Shown piece after piece: positions 13,500 to 27,400 of a stretch of DNA of 64,000 nucleotides. The notes under the pieces were generated by a model. That model was not told where the DNA came from. It did no database searches and was given only the letters and a program-made list of their open reading frames with translations. The number at the start of each line of letters is the position of its first letter. The stretch's first letter is position 1. Origin of the DNA: Vitrella brassicaformis CCMP3155 (taxonomy: Eukaryota; Protista; Chromerida); contig CDMY01000201.1 in NCBI GenBank assembly GCA_001179505.1, positions 62,001-126,000 of the forward strand. The letters are read 5' to 3'. The translations under genes were made by a program, and so were the position numbers.

Positions 13500-16400
13500 C
13501 TAGTGTACCGTCGTACGTAACGCTGCAGGCATGATCGATACCGTCTCAGCCGTTTCTCGCACGTCACATCGCTGTACATCACTGTGTCCGTCTGTCGGGG
13601 CACGACAGACGGCCAGAGTGAACGCCAACACGAATGACGAGCGAGAAACGTCTGAAGTGTATCTGGCGATCCACCCATCCATCCATCCATCCATCCGACA
13701 AGAAATGACACAACGTAATAAACACCGTGGCTGCCTCGGAGCCGCCCAAAGAGACCTACTTATCGGTTCTGCGCGGCGTGATGTGGGTGTGGGTGTGGGT
13801 GTGGAGCGTTGCCATGATGGCCGGTCGTTGCCGGGATGCAGACCCGCAGTATCTGAATCCGACGGTTCCCAGTGTCGCACACTGCCAACGTGGTCGACTG
13901 AACACACAAGACATACACGTCAGGCATGTAGAGGAACCACTTTCCCGCGTCAGCAGGGGTGTGCTTCTTACGTCGTAATCGGTCGATTGTTTCTCGGCGG
14001 GCGCCTCCATGTGTGCGAGGCCTGGCGGTGGCGGCAGCGGCGTGGTCACCTGGTGGGTGTGGTAGTGGCTGTGCGCCCGGGAATGGGCCGGCGGCCGGTG
14101 GGGGTCGTGGCGATGGTAGCCCCACAGGAAACCTACGTGCGCATGGTATGGATGGTATGTTGAATGCTGTATGGTATGCGTGTGGAGGGGAAGGCTGACT
14201 GACCTGTGACTTCTCGCGTGACGTATCGCGGCAGCACACAGATGCTAGTTGGGTGGTCATAGTGACCCAATGTGCCACCTGAATAGCCAGCACATCACCA
14301 CGCATCATGACCAAAGAAGCTCTTGCCTTTTGTGCCCGTCCGTCCCAGCGAGCTGCTGGCCTACCTACCTTTGCCGCCGATGAGTTTGTAGTAGACAGTG
14401 TTGCCATGGAAGATGCACACCCGCCGCACCATACTGGCCTCCCTCTTGGACACACCAGACGACAACAGAGCCGGCGCCGCAGGGGCCGCAGGCGGCTGGG
14501 GCGTCGGCCGCTTCACGATATCCGCGAAGGTCGGGCCGCCCCCGCCATCCTTCTTGCCCTGCCCAGATGGCAGCCTCGTGAGTGTGGGTGACGTCTTGGC
14601 CATGGCGATGGCATCGAGCTCCTCATAGGTCTTGTACGCGAACATGCCGACCCTGCTGCACTTCTGCCAATCGGGAGGGGGCGGGGGAGGGGGAGGGGCA
14701 TTGTGTGGGGGGGCAGAAGCGGCATGATGCGGGCTCGGAAAGGCTGAAATGGAACACGTAAGAGCAGAGCAAGATGCATGAAGGTGACCAACGATTGATG
14801 CAAAATGCTGGTGGTCTGTCTCTGTCGGCCCTACCAGCATCAGTGGTGGCGCCTCTATGGATAGAGGGTCTTGCTGCCGGGGGCGGCGCCTGCCCCCTGC
14901 CGGCGTGTTTGGGGGGCGCCGGGCCACTGGGGCCACTGGTGCAAGAGGCCGGGAGGGCGTATGGGAAGTGGAATGTCCTCTGTGTGGAGAGGTCGTGTGA
15001 CGAGGCAGGGATGGCCTGCTGTGAGGGGAGGGGCAGGTGCATGAGGTTGATGGCGAGGATGCAGTGGTGGGAGTTGAGACAGGCATAGAGGACCGGGGGC
15101 TGACGAGGGCTCTCACGGTCCATGCACAGGCTGCATCATATAACAGTGGATAGATACCACACACAGCCACATCACATCGATCCGATCCACGCTTGTGAGC
15201 CGTCAGAGTGCACCATTGCATTGCCCACCTCGTCGCCACGGCTCTCGTGAGCCCAAGGCTTGCGAAGTCGATACAGTACAAAGGCAGACCTGATAAACGG
15301 ACATGTAAGCAGCCGTCAAACATCTGCTGCGCTGATTGTGTCGTTTGTCGTTTGTCGCCTCACTCACCGTTTTTGAGCGACAGCCCGGTGATCCTGCCTG
15401 ACTGCCTCCTGGCGCCCTCGTCGCCCTCCGCCACCCACAGGACGTCGCGTGTGCAGTCCACACACAACGCCTTCGGGCAATGAATGCGGCCGGGACTTGA
15501 CCCAGATCCTAGGCCCTGAAGCTCTCGCCTCGGTGCTCCTGTAGAGATGTCGAAAGTCTGACATTCCAACCACATGAAGCACAACGATGAGCAAACGATC
15601 TTGTGCACGAGCGTGGGTGTGGCTTACGAGTATGCGATTTGTCGCCTCGTCCGCCACAATGACTTCCTCGTCCGAGAAGACGATCGACGACACGCGACGC
15701 AGCGAGAAGTCAGGCGACGCCTTGCCCCAGAAATTGCGGCCGAGAGTGCCCGTCGCCACCTCCCACAGAAGGCTGACGACCGGGGCTCGCCCGCCCATGA
15801 ACCCGCCGTCACGCGAGCCCCCGCTTTGGATGCGGAACATACACAGCCGGCCCGCAGATGCGACTGCGATAGACCTGAAGTCCTGATACGACACGGCCGT
15901 GGCGCGCTGAATCCACTCGGCAAATGGGCCAGTGGGCCGCGGAGGTGCCGGGGGGAGAGGAGTGGCTGGGGGGGAGGGTGAGGGCGATGGCAGGGGGGAT
16001 GGTGCGATGGCGTCGTCCTCAGGGCCGCCCAACCTGACAGCCGAGAAGCCGTCCATGTCCTCCTCGGGCGATGAGACGGGCTCAGATTTCACATTGGCAT
16101 TGGTGTTGGCATTCGAGACGCGTGTTGGTGGCGCTATCGCTCGGTCTGTGTGGTCGGTCACCCTGACCACGGTCTCCTGCGATGAGTCATGGTGCAGCGC
16201 GTCGAGCCGGACAGGCCCGTAGTCGTCATCGGCCGCTTCGCCAGGCGATGATGGGCCGGCATCTCTGCCTGATGGTGACGTGGCCGGCTCGACTTCATTT
16301 GACGACGAAAGCACGCCGTTCGATAGAGGCTGTTGTTGTTGGTCAGCGGTATCCGCAGGCGGCGGCAGGGGCATGGTTGGAGGCGACAGGCGGATGGCCT

Positions 16401-19400
16401 CTTCCTTTGCTGGTGTTGGCTTGTCGTCCCTGTCACTCTGACTCTCCTCAGCAATGGTGGGGGGCGGCAGCATCAGCATGTGTTCCACAGGGCCGTGAGA
16501 CGGCTCAGGCAGACACGACAAGGGGTGCGGCGTCGGCCCATCGACCGATCCTATCGCAGGGCTGCCTGCCGCGGGGCTGCCCGTCCTCTTGCCGCTCTGC
16601 AGCGACGCCGGCGAGTGCGACAGCGATGACATTGACGACGTAGCGCACACCTTGACGGGAACCACAGGAGGGATGGCTCCTTTCTCGGGTGTCAGGGGGC
16701 CCCCAACGCGCTGCTTCGACGCCAGTAGAGCCTCTTGGTAGGTCTTGGCCTTCCTCGTGGCCATCATCGGCATGCTCGTGAATGGCTCCGAGGCGCCTTG
16801 GGGCAGAGCAGACGGCGGCCGCATGCCCGTCGGAGAACTGACCGCCTTTGGGACCGGGGCGACAGTGACCGGCCGCTCCTGCCCCCCGACCACCTTGCCG
16901 CCTGTCTCACCGACGACGGCCTCTTCCTCTGCCTTGGACGCACCTGCCGGCTGGTCGTGGGTGTCTGCCGATGGGGGTGCGCCCACAGAGGTGTTGGTGA
17001 CGGCCGACAGGGAGGGGGATGACGCCAGGTGCTTGTTGGAGGCAGCGGCGGGGCTGGCACGTTCATCGTCTCTCGTGGACGGATCGCTGCCATCAGCCTT
17101 CAGGTCGTTGGGCGGCGATGCGGGAGCCTCCTCTTGTATCAGGGGCGCGGGGACGGGAGTACCGTTGCTGTGAGTGGTGATGGAGCTGAGGCCGGGCGAG
17201 ATGGTGGAGGATGCGGCGTCTGCCTCTGCAGTGTCGCCCTTGGGTAGGTGTGGGAGGGCAGGGGAGGGCGACTTGGACATCTTGGCGTGTGGGTCGGGGG
17301 GGCTGCCAGGGCGCTTGGTCGGCTCCACTGTGGGGCTGCAGATCGATGCCTCATCATCAGAGTCTGAGCAAAGAGAAAGAGAAGCAATGAGCAACCAGTG
17401 CTGCGCCTCGGGTGCATTTGTGGGCGTGCTGTGCTGTGCGTACCGTTGCCCGCCCCTGAAATCGATGAGGATGCGTCTGAGAGCTCCCCGTCATCAGTAC
17501 CGTCCCGACGCGCTGCGGAAACTCGCCCCGCCCCTCTCCGCCTCCTACACACACCGCCCTCCTCTTCATCGTCTGCTGTCCGGGTAGGGACGATCGCTGC
17601 AGGACGAGCAGCAGCTGCACCGTCACCATTGGGCACTGTCGACGCAGTGGCCGCCTCAGCGCTGCCCCTCTCCCCCTCTGCCGCACCCACATCGGTGGTC
17701 CTCTGCAGACAGGGCGAGCAGGTGAAAGATCCCGTGTGCAGCGACTGGCCGCCTTCAGGGATCGCCTCCAGCGGCATGAGGGGCCCGCCGCACTTGGCAC
17801 ACACACGGTGGTGGCTGCCGTGGCTGGCCTTGGACGGTCCCCTCCCGAGTCCCTTCCGCCTCTTGCCGCCGTGGTCGGCCAACGTTGGGAAATCCTCGAG
17901 CCGATCTAGCTCGAACCGAGGAGAGGGCTTGGGATCCTCCTTGCCCGCCACCGCCGATACAACTGGAGCTGCTGAAGCTGCTGGTGCTGGTGCTGGTGGT
18001 TGGGGCGGTGGCGGTGGGGATGGCTGGGGGGCGGGGGCAGGGGATGCAGCTGCAGCAGTGGGTTGGTCCTTGACGGCCTGCCAGACCTTCCGGCTGCCGT
18101 GGGCGTGTGCGGCGGTGTCGGACACGAAGCTGCCGCTCCCGTGGCCACTCGGGAAGGGGTGATCGTGGCGCGTGTGGTGGCCTCGGTGGGGGTGGGGGCG
18201 GGGCGGGCCGCCCCCCNNNNNNNNNNNNNNNNNNNNNNNNNNNNNNNNNNNNNNNNNNNNNNNNNNNNNNNNNNNNNNNNNNNNNNNNNNNNNNNNNNNN
18301 NNNNNNNNNNNNNNNNNNNNNNNNNNNNNNNNNNNNNNNNNNNNNNNNNNNNNNNNNNNNNNNNNNNNNNNNNNNNNNNNNNNNNNNNNNNNNNNNNNNN
18401 NNNNNNNNNNNNNNNNNNNNNNNNNNNNNNNNNNNNNNNNNNNNNNNNNNNNNNNNNNNNNNNNNNNNNNNNNNNNNNNNNNNNNNNNNNNNNNNNNNNN
18501 NNNNNNNNNNNNNNNNGGGCCGCCTCCTGGTGGGTGGCGGAACGACTCGGATGTCGATGACAGCTGCGAGGTGAGCGAAGAGGCACTTGGAGTGCGCTGA
18601 TTGTTGCGGAACGGACGACGGCCGCCGGGGGGCTGGTTGTGGAACTGACGCTGGCTCCGCAGACTGCCGGGGGTCGACAGGATGGTGCTCGGCGGGGAAG
18701 ACGTGCCGCCTCCCGTGCTGTACCCTCGGCTGCTGTAGCCGCCGCCCCCTCGTCTGTGATGGTGGGTCGGCCACTTGATGCCGCCGCCCTCCACCGGCAC
18801 GTCCACCATCACCCGCAGACCATCGACGATGAGCAGTGTCGACCCATCGCCGCCAGGGCGTGTGGCGCACAGCTTTGGGTACGTCAGCTGCAGCTCGGCA
18901 TACTGCGCGCACTCGACGGCCGTCCGGTCAAGCCCTCCCATACCAGCCGTCCCATCAGACGGCCGCGGAAGTCGCCTCCTGACGGTGGCCTCCGATGGTG
19001 TCGGCGTCACGCCCTCATCACCTGGCTGTGCCACAGCGGGCGTCTGTGGCGCGCTATCGAGTCCACCGCCGGACAAACGGCCCTCCCCGCTACTCCTGCC
19101 GGGTGTGGTGAGCAGCGAGAGGCTGACCCCACTGGCGCCGCTGACGCCTCTCGACGCCGTGATGCTGCCCGACAGCTGTGGCGGCGTGTCGGAGGACGAG
19201 GGCTCCCGGCCGGACACGGGGGGCGTTGTGGACATCCGTTCCAGCGGCTGACTGCTGACCTCTGACGGCATCGACGACATGCCAGTCGGCGATGCGGCCA
19301 TGTTGGATGCACGCGATGGGGACGTGGATGCGAAGGACGGCTGCGACTCGTTGCTGTACTCGGGCTGTAGGACAGGCACACGAAGCAGGTCAGGTGGAGA

Positions 19401-22307
19401 CGGGACTGGGAGCGGTGTGGACTCGGCAGGGGCCGGGCTGAAGGGCTCAATGGCCACAGCAGCAAGCTGGTGGGGGAGTGGTTCGGGGGATGGCGTGGTG
19501 TTGGCAGGAGAGGGCCTGACGTCTTGTCTCTGCAGGCGCTGGTGCATCCATGGGGGCGGGATGGAGTGGTGCGGCAAATACCCCAGAAACGCCTCCAAAT
19601 TCTGCATTGCATGCAGACCAGTAACATGCCAATGATTCATACATATTGGGGGTGCCGGCCGGGTGCCTCCATCTCTCTCTCTATGTCTGTGCTGTGCGTG
19701 AGAGTGAGTGATGCTGACCTGCCCATGGACCCTGCAGAGACTTGAGAACTTGTTGGCTCGGAAGAAGCAGCCCTCGACTGCACACTGGTGCTTGACGCAT
19801 ATCCTTGCGCGGCCGCTGTCTTCCGCACACACATCACAGGTGCCGTGGTAGCCCGATCGCTTTGAGTCGGCCACGGCCTGCTTGAGCATCTCGTGTATGG
19901 CTGTGACGTCGTGTGAGGGGGACGAGAAGCCGAGCTTCGTGAAGAACTCGGCGTAGCTGCTCATGGCCTGGATCTCCTTGGTCGTGTCCTGAAACGTCAG
20001 CACCATCTGCTTGGGGGGAACGCCCAGATGCTGGTCAAACTGCCTGCACACCATCAAAACACACCACACAGACACCCACATAAGTGGCGCTCTCCCTCTC
20101 CCTCTCCCTCCAGGTGTGGACGTCACGTCTGTCTTGCTCACTTCAGGGCTGTCAGGTTGGAGAAACACACGGGGAAGATGGCCTGGATGGCCGTCAACCG
20201 CATGCCGACTTGAGCCGCCTCGAAGCACCGGGCCACCGCCACATCAGGTGGGTCGTTGTCGATGTCCAAGTCGCCAAAGCTGCGCAGCACCCAGAAGATC
20301 GAGCGGGCCAGCTGCTCGCGGATGAGCGCCTGCGATGCCCGCACATCCCAGCGGTTGTCGGCCAGCAGGAAGCGCACGATAAACCTCCCGAAATCGGGCA
20401 CTCGTGACTTGACGCGCTGCTGGGGCTCGGATATGAAGGCTGTCACCGAGGTGCTGCAGTAGTTCCTCAGTGTGTTGTCGCGCTCGCCGAACGCTGCAGG
20501 AAACCGGCACAGACACACAAACACATACAGATACACATATATGGGTCACCGGTGTGATGAAAGAAGACATCCCATTCCTAGTTACGTACCCAGCAAAATG
20601 TGAAAGAGCGACGTGTATGCGGAGAGGATCCTCTCGGACGCATAGACGGGCTCGGGTGTGTCGGTGGAGGCGAAGTTGATGGAGCCCTGCCGGATGGGGG
20701 GCTTGTCGACCACGCCGGCCTTGCCCAGGTCGACAGAGAGGGTCTTCCACAACTCGCCAATGAACGTCAAGATGTTCTGTTCGCGTGCAGTGAGTGCAGC
20801 CATCGAGAGAGAGGATGGTGAAGTCTCAGTCAATATGTAGGCTGTGAGCGTGTCAGTTCACCCACCTCGTGTTCGCTCCTCTGGCTGTAGACCTTGGGCA
20901 GAAAGCGCTGAGAAACCAAGGAGACAAGAAACGAAGCAGGGACGCTGCCTCTTGGTTGTGTTCCGCGGCGGCTAGACTGCGTGGCGTGCCTACCGAGAGG
21001 GATTCGTCTATGGTCCTCCTGGTGATATCCATGGCGCTCCTCTGCCACCAGTAGTAGGTGATGACGTACGGCACCACACAGTGGATGTCCCCATACGCTG
21101 TCTTGACACTGGGGTATTGGGCGGGGGGCGATGACGACCGCCTCGGGAAGCCCGTCTGGCCGGCTGTGGGTGGGAGCTGTGGCGGCTTCTGCTGTGCGAT
21201 GAGCTGGTCGAAGCTGTCCTTGAAGATGACGCACGGCACCACGTGCAGGTTGGGCGTGTTGTTCTCGTCCTTGGCGAAACGAACACCGAAACACGGCACC
21301 TCCTTACCTGAATGAATTACCACATAGATATGGGTCCTCTCTGCCTTCATGGTTGTCGTTTATGTGTGTGTGTGTGTGTGTTTGTGTGTGTGTTTGCCTT
21401 GCCTACCTGCGTTGAAGACCTCCTTTGTGGTAAAGCATCGGTAGAACATGAGCCTCTCGGCCATCCGCTGCTTCTCGTCACGCTTGATGCGTCCGGGCTC
21501 GAAGCCCAGCCGCGTCAGTATCCCGTCCAGCTCCTCATCGCTGAAGGGCACCCTGTCGTCCTTGACAGAGCTGGGCGCCGCTTCACCCACCGGCGCCTCC
21601 TCCTCCCCCCTCCCGGCCGACGGCTGCGCGCATCTCTCGTCCACACACAGCCGAGAGGGCGGCTCTGGCGGAGAGACCGACGGGGCGATTGGGGGGAACG
21701 GGTGGGCGCCTGTATGGGGGCAGCCCTCCCTCGGACACACGAAGCGCCGCGTGGCGTCGATCATGTCTTGTATTTCCCTGGGGGTGAATTCCCTCTCCTT
21801 GTCGATGTCGCAGTGGAGGAAGAAGTAGAGCTCCAACAGCAGGTGCCTGAAGGTGAGGGCCGCGTGCCAGTAGACGCTTGACGGCGCCTGCAGCTGCTGA
21901 AAGTGGGTGCGGAAGTCGTCGAGCAGGGAGAAGCAGATGCGGCTGCCGAAGACGTGTGAGTGGAGGAAGGGGGTGAGGAGGGACATCTCGGGGGCCTGGT
22001 TAGGATACTGCTCCGACATATGCACGTGGAAATGAAGGATCGCTCCCTGTGCACACCAAAAGGGGAAGGAAACAAATGGACCGCACACACACATCCAGCC
22101 AGCCGTTTGTTCACCGCGTGACTCTTCCTGGGCGGATGTACCTACCTGGTATTGTCCATCAGTGAATCTGAAGTTGACGATGGCATCGTGTATGTCGTCC
22201 TCCGCCCACGTGACACCCACGTTGGCCAGCGGCCCCGCGCCACCCGCCTCAGGTGTGAGGCTCTTCTGGTCACGCACGATGGCCCTGACGGATGGACACG
22301 CCGACAT
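13500..22307 (-). CDS. Large multidomain protein: N-terminal UBC/E2-like domain, helical domain, Cys/His zinc-binding motifs, Pro/Ser-rich linker and C-terminal NHL beta-propeller repeats
   Basis: GAILHFHVHMSEQYPNQAPEMSLLTPFLHSHVFGSRICFSLL matches the E2 core, with a Cys at the catalytic position. CDVC..CVKHQCAVEGC..LCRVH and CAKC..CSPC motifs. NHL-like repeats: VIVADEATNRILV, IHCPKALCVD..VLWVAEGD, LAVCDTGNRRIQI. Long ORFs 17139-20228 and 15364-17394. A single-gene model and the exact ends are inferred; an assembly gap lies inside. Confidence 0.72.
18217..18516. other. Assembly gap (300 N)
   Basis: Run of N flanked by G/C-rich sequence, inside a Gly/Pro-rich coding exon. Confidence 0.99.
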
Positions 22308-22797
22308 TGAGGAACGAACGATAGCGACAGAGAGAGATGGGCGGGCGAATTCAGCAAATAGGTGGAGGGGTGGCGGGATGAGAATGAAAAGGGGAACCGG
22401 ATAAATGGCTGTGTCAGCTCATGTCACGAGGCCATGGGCAGAGAAGAGATGCCGCCAGAATGGCTGACGTCATCGGCGTTGGAACGCTGTCATGCCGGAG
22501 GGACAGCAGGCACGGGCCGGCGGGTGTCCTCGACGCTCATATTTCTATGCACAGTGTTGCCAGCTTGATTCTGCGTGCCGTCCTGCCCCAATGAGATGCA
22601 ATGGTAAGCGCTTGACGAAAGATCTTCACATTCGGACGTCCACTCGGTGACGCATGCCTCAGCAAATGTGGAGAGAACCAAAGCGATGCGCCTGACGTGG
22701 ACTTACCTCGAGCGAGCTTAGCTCGAGTTGCTGAGTTGAGCTCGCTTCGTATTTGTCAACCTCCCAGGCTCGTGTTGCCGATCTGCGTGCTGTTGCC

Positions 22798-23465
22798 ATG
22801 GATCCGGGAGTCGCGATGAGATTGGATCCGGCAGTGGTAGCTGGGATGATGCCCGCGATGATGGCTCAGATGAGTGCCGACGAGCCGGACGTGTCGAGGT
22901 GGAACATCATCTACCCCAACTACATCGACAAGAAGAAGACGCTGCCGGAGGGCAGGCGCATCCCACTCGCAAATGCCGTCGAAACACCAAAGCTCCAGGA
23001 GATGGTCGAAATCTGCAAGCATCTTGGCGTCGAACACAAACCAGAGGTGAGGAAGTGGACAGACAGGGAGGGGGAGAGGGGCGGAGGGAAAGGATCCACT
23101 GCAGTGTCCCTCTCTCTGTCTTGTGTGTGTGTCAGCTCAAGCAGTACCCCCGTGACTGGATGGTCGTCGGCCGCATCCGGTTCCGCCTCACCAAGCCAGA
23201 CAACACGCTGTGGAACCCGGAAGTGCCCACAAGTACGTATGCGAGCCCACCCATGCCCATGTGTGAATCATCTTGTGGACATCTGCCGTGCTGTGTTCTG
23301 TCTGGCTGTCTGTCACGGGTGTGGTGGTCATCAGAGAAGGCGTTGATGCTCAAGATGGGCGAGTTGATCCCCAAGCTCAAGTCGCGGGTGCATGGCGATG
23401 CGGCCGCCGCGGCAGCTGCGAGCAGCAGCACAGCATCCAAGAAACAAAAGAAGAAGAAAAAGTGA
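22798..23465 (+). CDS. SRP19: Signal recognition particle 19 kDa protein (3 exons)
   Basis: RWNIIYPNYIDKKKTLPEGRRIP..AVETPKLQEMVEICKHLG / KQYPRDWMVVGRIRFRL / KALMLKMGELIPKLKSR, with a Lys-rich tail ending TGA at 23463-23465. Confidence 0.95.
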
Positions 23466-24421
23466 CCGAGCAACATGCTCGACCGGATGCTGGGGAGATT
23501 CGCCAATGACCTGGTTTCTTGGCCAGTCGGCTGACTGTACAGTGGTGTGTGTGTGTGGCACCGTAGCGTCCGCGATGGTAACATTGTGGCAATCCAGTAT
23601 ACTGGAGCGCCACAATGTCATCATCGCTGTCATATCGCTGCCGCCACACCCCCAGTCGCACACGGAGACAGTGAAAGCGTATGTGGGCTGTTTGTACAGC
23701 AATGAGCGTGAGTGCGTGCGTGTCAGTGCATCACTGATGCCGTCACTGGTTCGACGTGACCGTTTGGCGCTCCAGTGCACCGGAGCACCACGATGGTTGC
23801 GATCGATGTGTGACGGGATAAGCGATGCACAAGCACCTGCACTCTTTCTGAGGGTCTGCTTATACGCGGCGATTGCAATTCAATTTGTATGCATCACGGC
23901 GAGTGTCTGTGTGTCGTTCGAGAGAACATGTATGCAGAGATCCCACAGACGGGTCGGATCAACGGATGGCTATACATCTATATATAGGAGTATGTATGTA
24001 CACATCGATACAGTCAGTCATCGGTACACAGCGCCAGACACCGAGGCAGCGATCCCGTGCACACCAGCACCAAGGCAACGAGGCAGCCCTCTCTTCTTCA
24101 TGACAAACCCACACCACAACAGAACTCGCAGACGCATCGATCGCCCCCGCCCCCATGATCGCGTCGGTGTGAGGCGCATACAGGCAGGCAGCGTGGCAGG
24201 TAGTCGACATGAAGGAGGAGGCGTACACAGTGCTATGCTATGCAGCGAGGAGTCAAAAAGCCATAAAGGCTGCTTCTGGGTGACACGAACACACAGCAAC
24301 AAATCCCTCCTGGCCATCAGCATGATAGCATGCCCGCCGTCGACACACATATTCCACCGCACCACAGCCCCACCACCAACACCCAACTCTCCACACACAC
24401 AGACAGTGGGTCGATCTGTTG

Positions 24422-27400
24422 TCACGAGAAATAGGCGGGGGTCCAGTTGGTGAAGGCCTGCCGACACAGTGGACACTCGCGCGGCTGCATGGTCTGAGCA
24501 CATTGAAGGCAGATGCAGAAGTGGCCGCACGGCTGCAGCACCACCGACCGCTCCCTCTCCTGGCACACTTGACACTCGGTCGCCTCCGCTCTCGCCCTCT
24601 GGTTGCTCTGCTGCATCTGCTGCCGCATTTCTTGACGAAGCTCGGCCTCACCCCTCTCGCGTGCCCTCTGCTGAGCCCGCCGCTCGAGTGACTGCAGCTG
24701 CGATTGCTCGTCGCTGAGTGCCGTCTGGCGATCCGCTAGCTGCATAGCAAAGCCGCTTAGCTCGTCTGCAGTGGTCAGTCCATTGAAGGTCTCGGTCAAC
24801 CTGAATGACTCACACATCACATCAAAGGACATGCACTGGTGTTGCCCGCCTCTGTGGTTGGGTGCTGACCTGTGGATGTGGTTGCTCCGTAGCTGATCTA
24901 TGTCGGCCTGCAACGCACGATTGGCCTCACCAGCGCTGACAGACACAAAGGGAGATGAACGTCATGGCGCTCTGTCGGAGTGTGCGTTGGCCGCCTGTCG
25001 GTTACGTACCTGGCATTCTCCTCCCTAAGCGATGCGACCTCCTGTCTGAGTGACGCCTCCCTCTCCCCAGCAGCACTGACGGACAAGGACGCGAACAGCA
25101 CACACACAGAGTGAGGCCCACTCATTGTGTAGTGGGTGAATGAGTGCCGTCTGGCTGACCTCTTGTATCTCTCGAAGTGGTGCTGCAGCTGGCGTACTTC
25201 GGCCTCCTTCTGCTCACGGGCAGACCTCTCGCGATCGATGTCACTGAGAGCACATCATAGGCGGTGAGGCGCACGTGGCCGTGTGTGCTTCCCATGTGTA
25301 CCTACATACCTGGTGAGCCGCTGGCGCTGTTGCGTAAGCTGCTGACAATAGACCTCATTGGCTTTCTGCATGTCAACCTGGAGCCGCTCGTTGGCCGCCA
25401 GAGTGTCGTTGACGGTCTGCTCCCCGGCCACCTGGGCCTCACGCAACCTACACACAACACATGGTTGATGTGTGTAGGTGATGTGTTGGTGTGTGTACCG
25501 TTCGCTCTCCTGCCGAGCGGCGAGAGTCTCTTGACGGGCGGCGTGAGTCTCCTGCTGGGCAGCATGAAGCTGTTGCTGAGCTGCCATATCCCGCTCCATC
25601 AACGCACGCCTGCAACAAATGAGACAAACGAGTGTGTCCTTCTCTGCCCCTCCCTGCCTCCCTCTCTCACTGCAATGCTTCGATCTGCTGGTCTTTGCGC
25701 GCCAGCTCAGCAGCAAACCTGACAGCGAGCGGCACTGAGACACCGTGGACACCCTGCCTTAAGCTGCCTCTCACCTGGCCCGCATCGCCTCAGTCTCCCC
25801 TCCACCACTCACACGCCCGTCGTCACCGCCCGCCGCCCCTCCATCGGTCTCTCCAGCCCCCTGACCAGCCAGACGCTCATCGCCACCGCCACCATGCTCA
25901 GTCACACCATCAAGCAACAGCAGGTCATCCAACTCATGCCCGCCATCGGGCAAAAGTGGATCCAGAGACTTACTGACAGCGCTCGCGGCAGCAGCGGCAG
26001 CTGGGCCATGAAGGGGGCTGTTGGATGGTTCGCTGTCCACGAGCTCGAGACCACTATCAGCCTCTCCCTCCCCCTCACGCACAGATGGGCGGCCGTCTTC
26101 CGCAATGGATGGTGCTGCTGCGACCAATGGGGGAGGGCTGGCCGATGCGGCAGGGATAGCCTGTGGCTTCTTGTTCTTGTGCCGTTTTTTCTTCTTGGCC
26201 TTCTTGCCGCCCTCGCCCCCCTGCTGCCCGCCCCCACCATGCTGCGGCTGGTCCTCCTCGCTTGAGAACTGCACGTCGAGCTCTCTCAGGAGGTCCTTCT
26301 CATTCTTGCGCGCCGTCGCCTCCCTGGCTGCCATGGCGGAACTGACGGCCTCGTCGGTCGTCTTGTCGGCTTGGCGCTCCATGCGCCGCTGCTCCCGAGC
26401 CTTCTCCTTCTTCCTGCTCTCGAGCCTCTCACGCAGCTCCTCGCGGACGAAGTCACAGAGGCTCTTGGGCTGGTCCTCCACGAGGGGCTCCTCGCCGGTG
26501 ACCATCTTATGAAGCGCATCTGATACAAAGGCGGAGCTGAATGTATGTCAGATTTGGTCAGGCAGAGCGGTACGCGCCTGGTAATGCTATTCGTACCGAT
26601 CTCTCTGACCACTTCTGCTCTTGCCGCTGTGTTTTTGCTGATTTGCTCGATGAGGCACGTGATCTGGCTGTCGACGTTCCCCTTGTCGGCCTTGGACGCG
26701 GTGGCCTTGGCCCTCTGCACCCTGAGGTTGTTTAGCTTGGTCTGCAGCGTCACCCGCAGCTTCTCGATCACCTCAAGCTGCTTGCGCTTCTCGTGCAAAT
26801 CCTGAACACAACACTGACAACCACACAGTGACGGCTCCAGACTATCCGCAAGACGTGATCTCGTGTACCGCTATCTGCGCCCTGTGCCTCTCCTGCTGAC
26901 TGATAGCGGCCGCCATCTGCGCCATGTGCCTCTCCACCTGACTGATAGCGGGGTCCTTCTGGTACACCAGCCTGGTGGCCTCTGACATAACACAACGAAG
27001 GAGAAAATACAGATGTGTGTCCCTGCCCTCTTCCCTTGCTCAGCTCACTCACCAGTGAGGGCGGCACGTAATGCATCGACATCCTCCTGAGTGATGTTGT
27101 TGATGGCAGAGCAGTCCTTGAGAGCCTCGAGCTGCGCAACACACTGCCGATACGCGAACAGTTCAAGCTCGGTCACAGAGAAGGGGTTCTGGAAGCACTT
27201 TGCTGAGTCGGGGCCGCGGTTGTGTGACATGCTGTCCCAGTACAGCTGCAGCAATAGGAACCCCCTGTTCATGACCGTCTGCACCCATGTGGAGGGGGCG
27301 AGGGGGTTGTAAGACCGCACGAGGGCACAGCACAGGTGCTTTGGGAGACGCGACGAAGAGTCCTGCTCATAGCGCGTCTCGAGCACGGACGGGAGACCTA

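Noticed and set aside
18217-18516. Reading frame apparently preserved across the N run (and the poly-X ORFs around both gaps)
   Set aside because: Both gaps are exactly 300 N, a placeholder length that happens to be a multiple of three. It says nothing about the real sequence.
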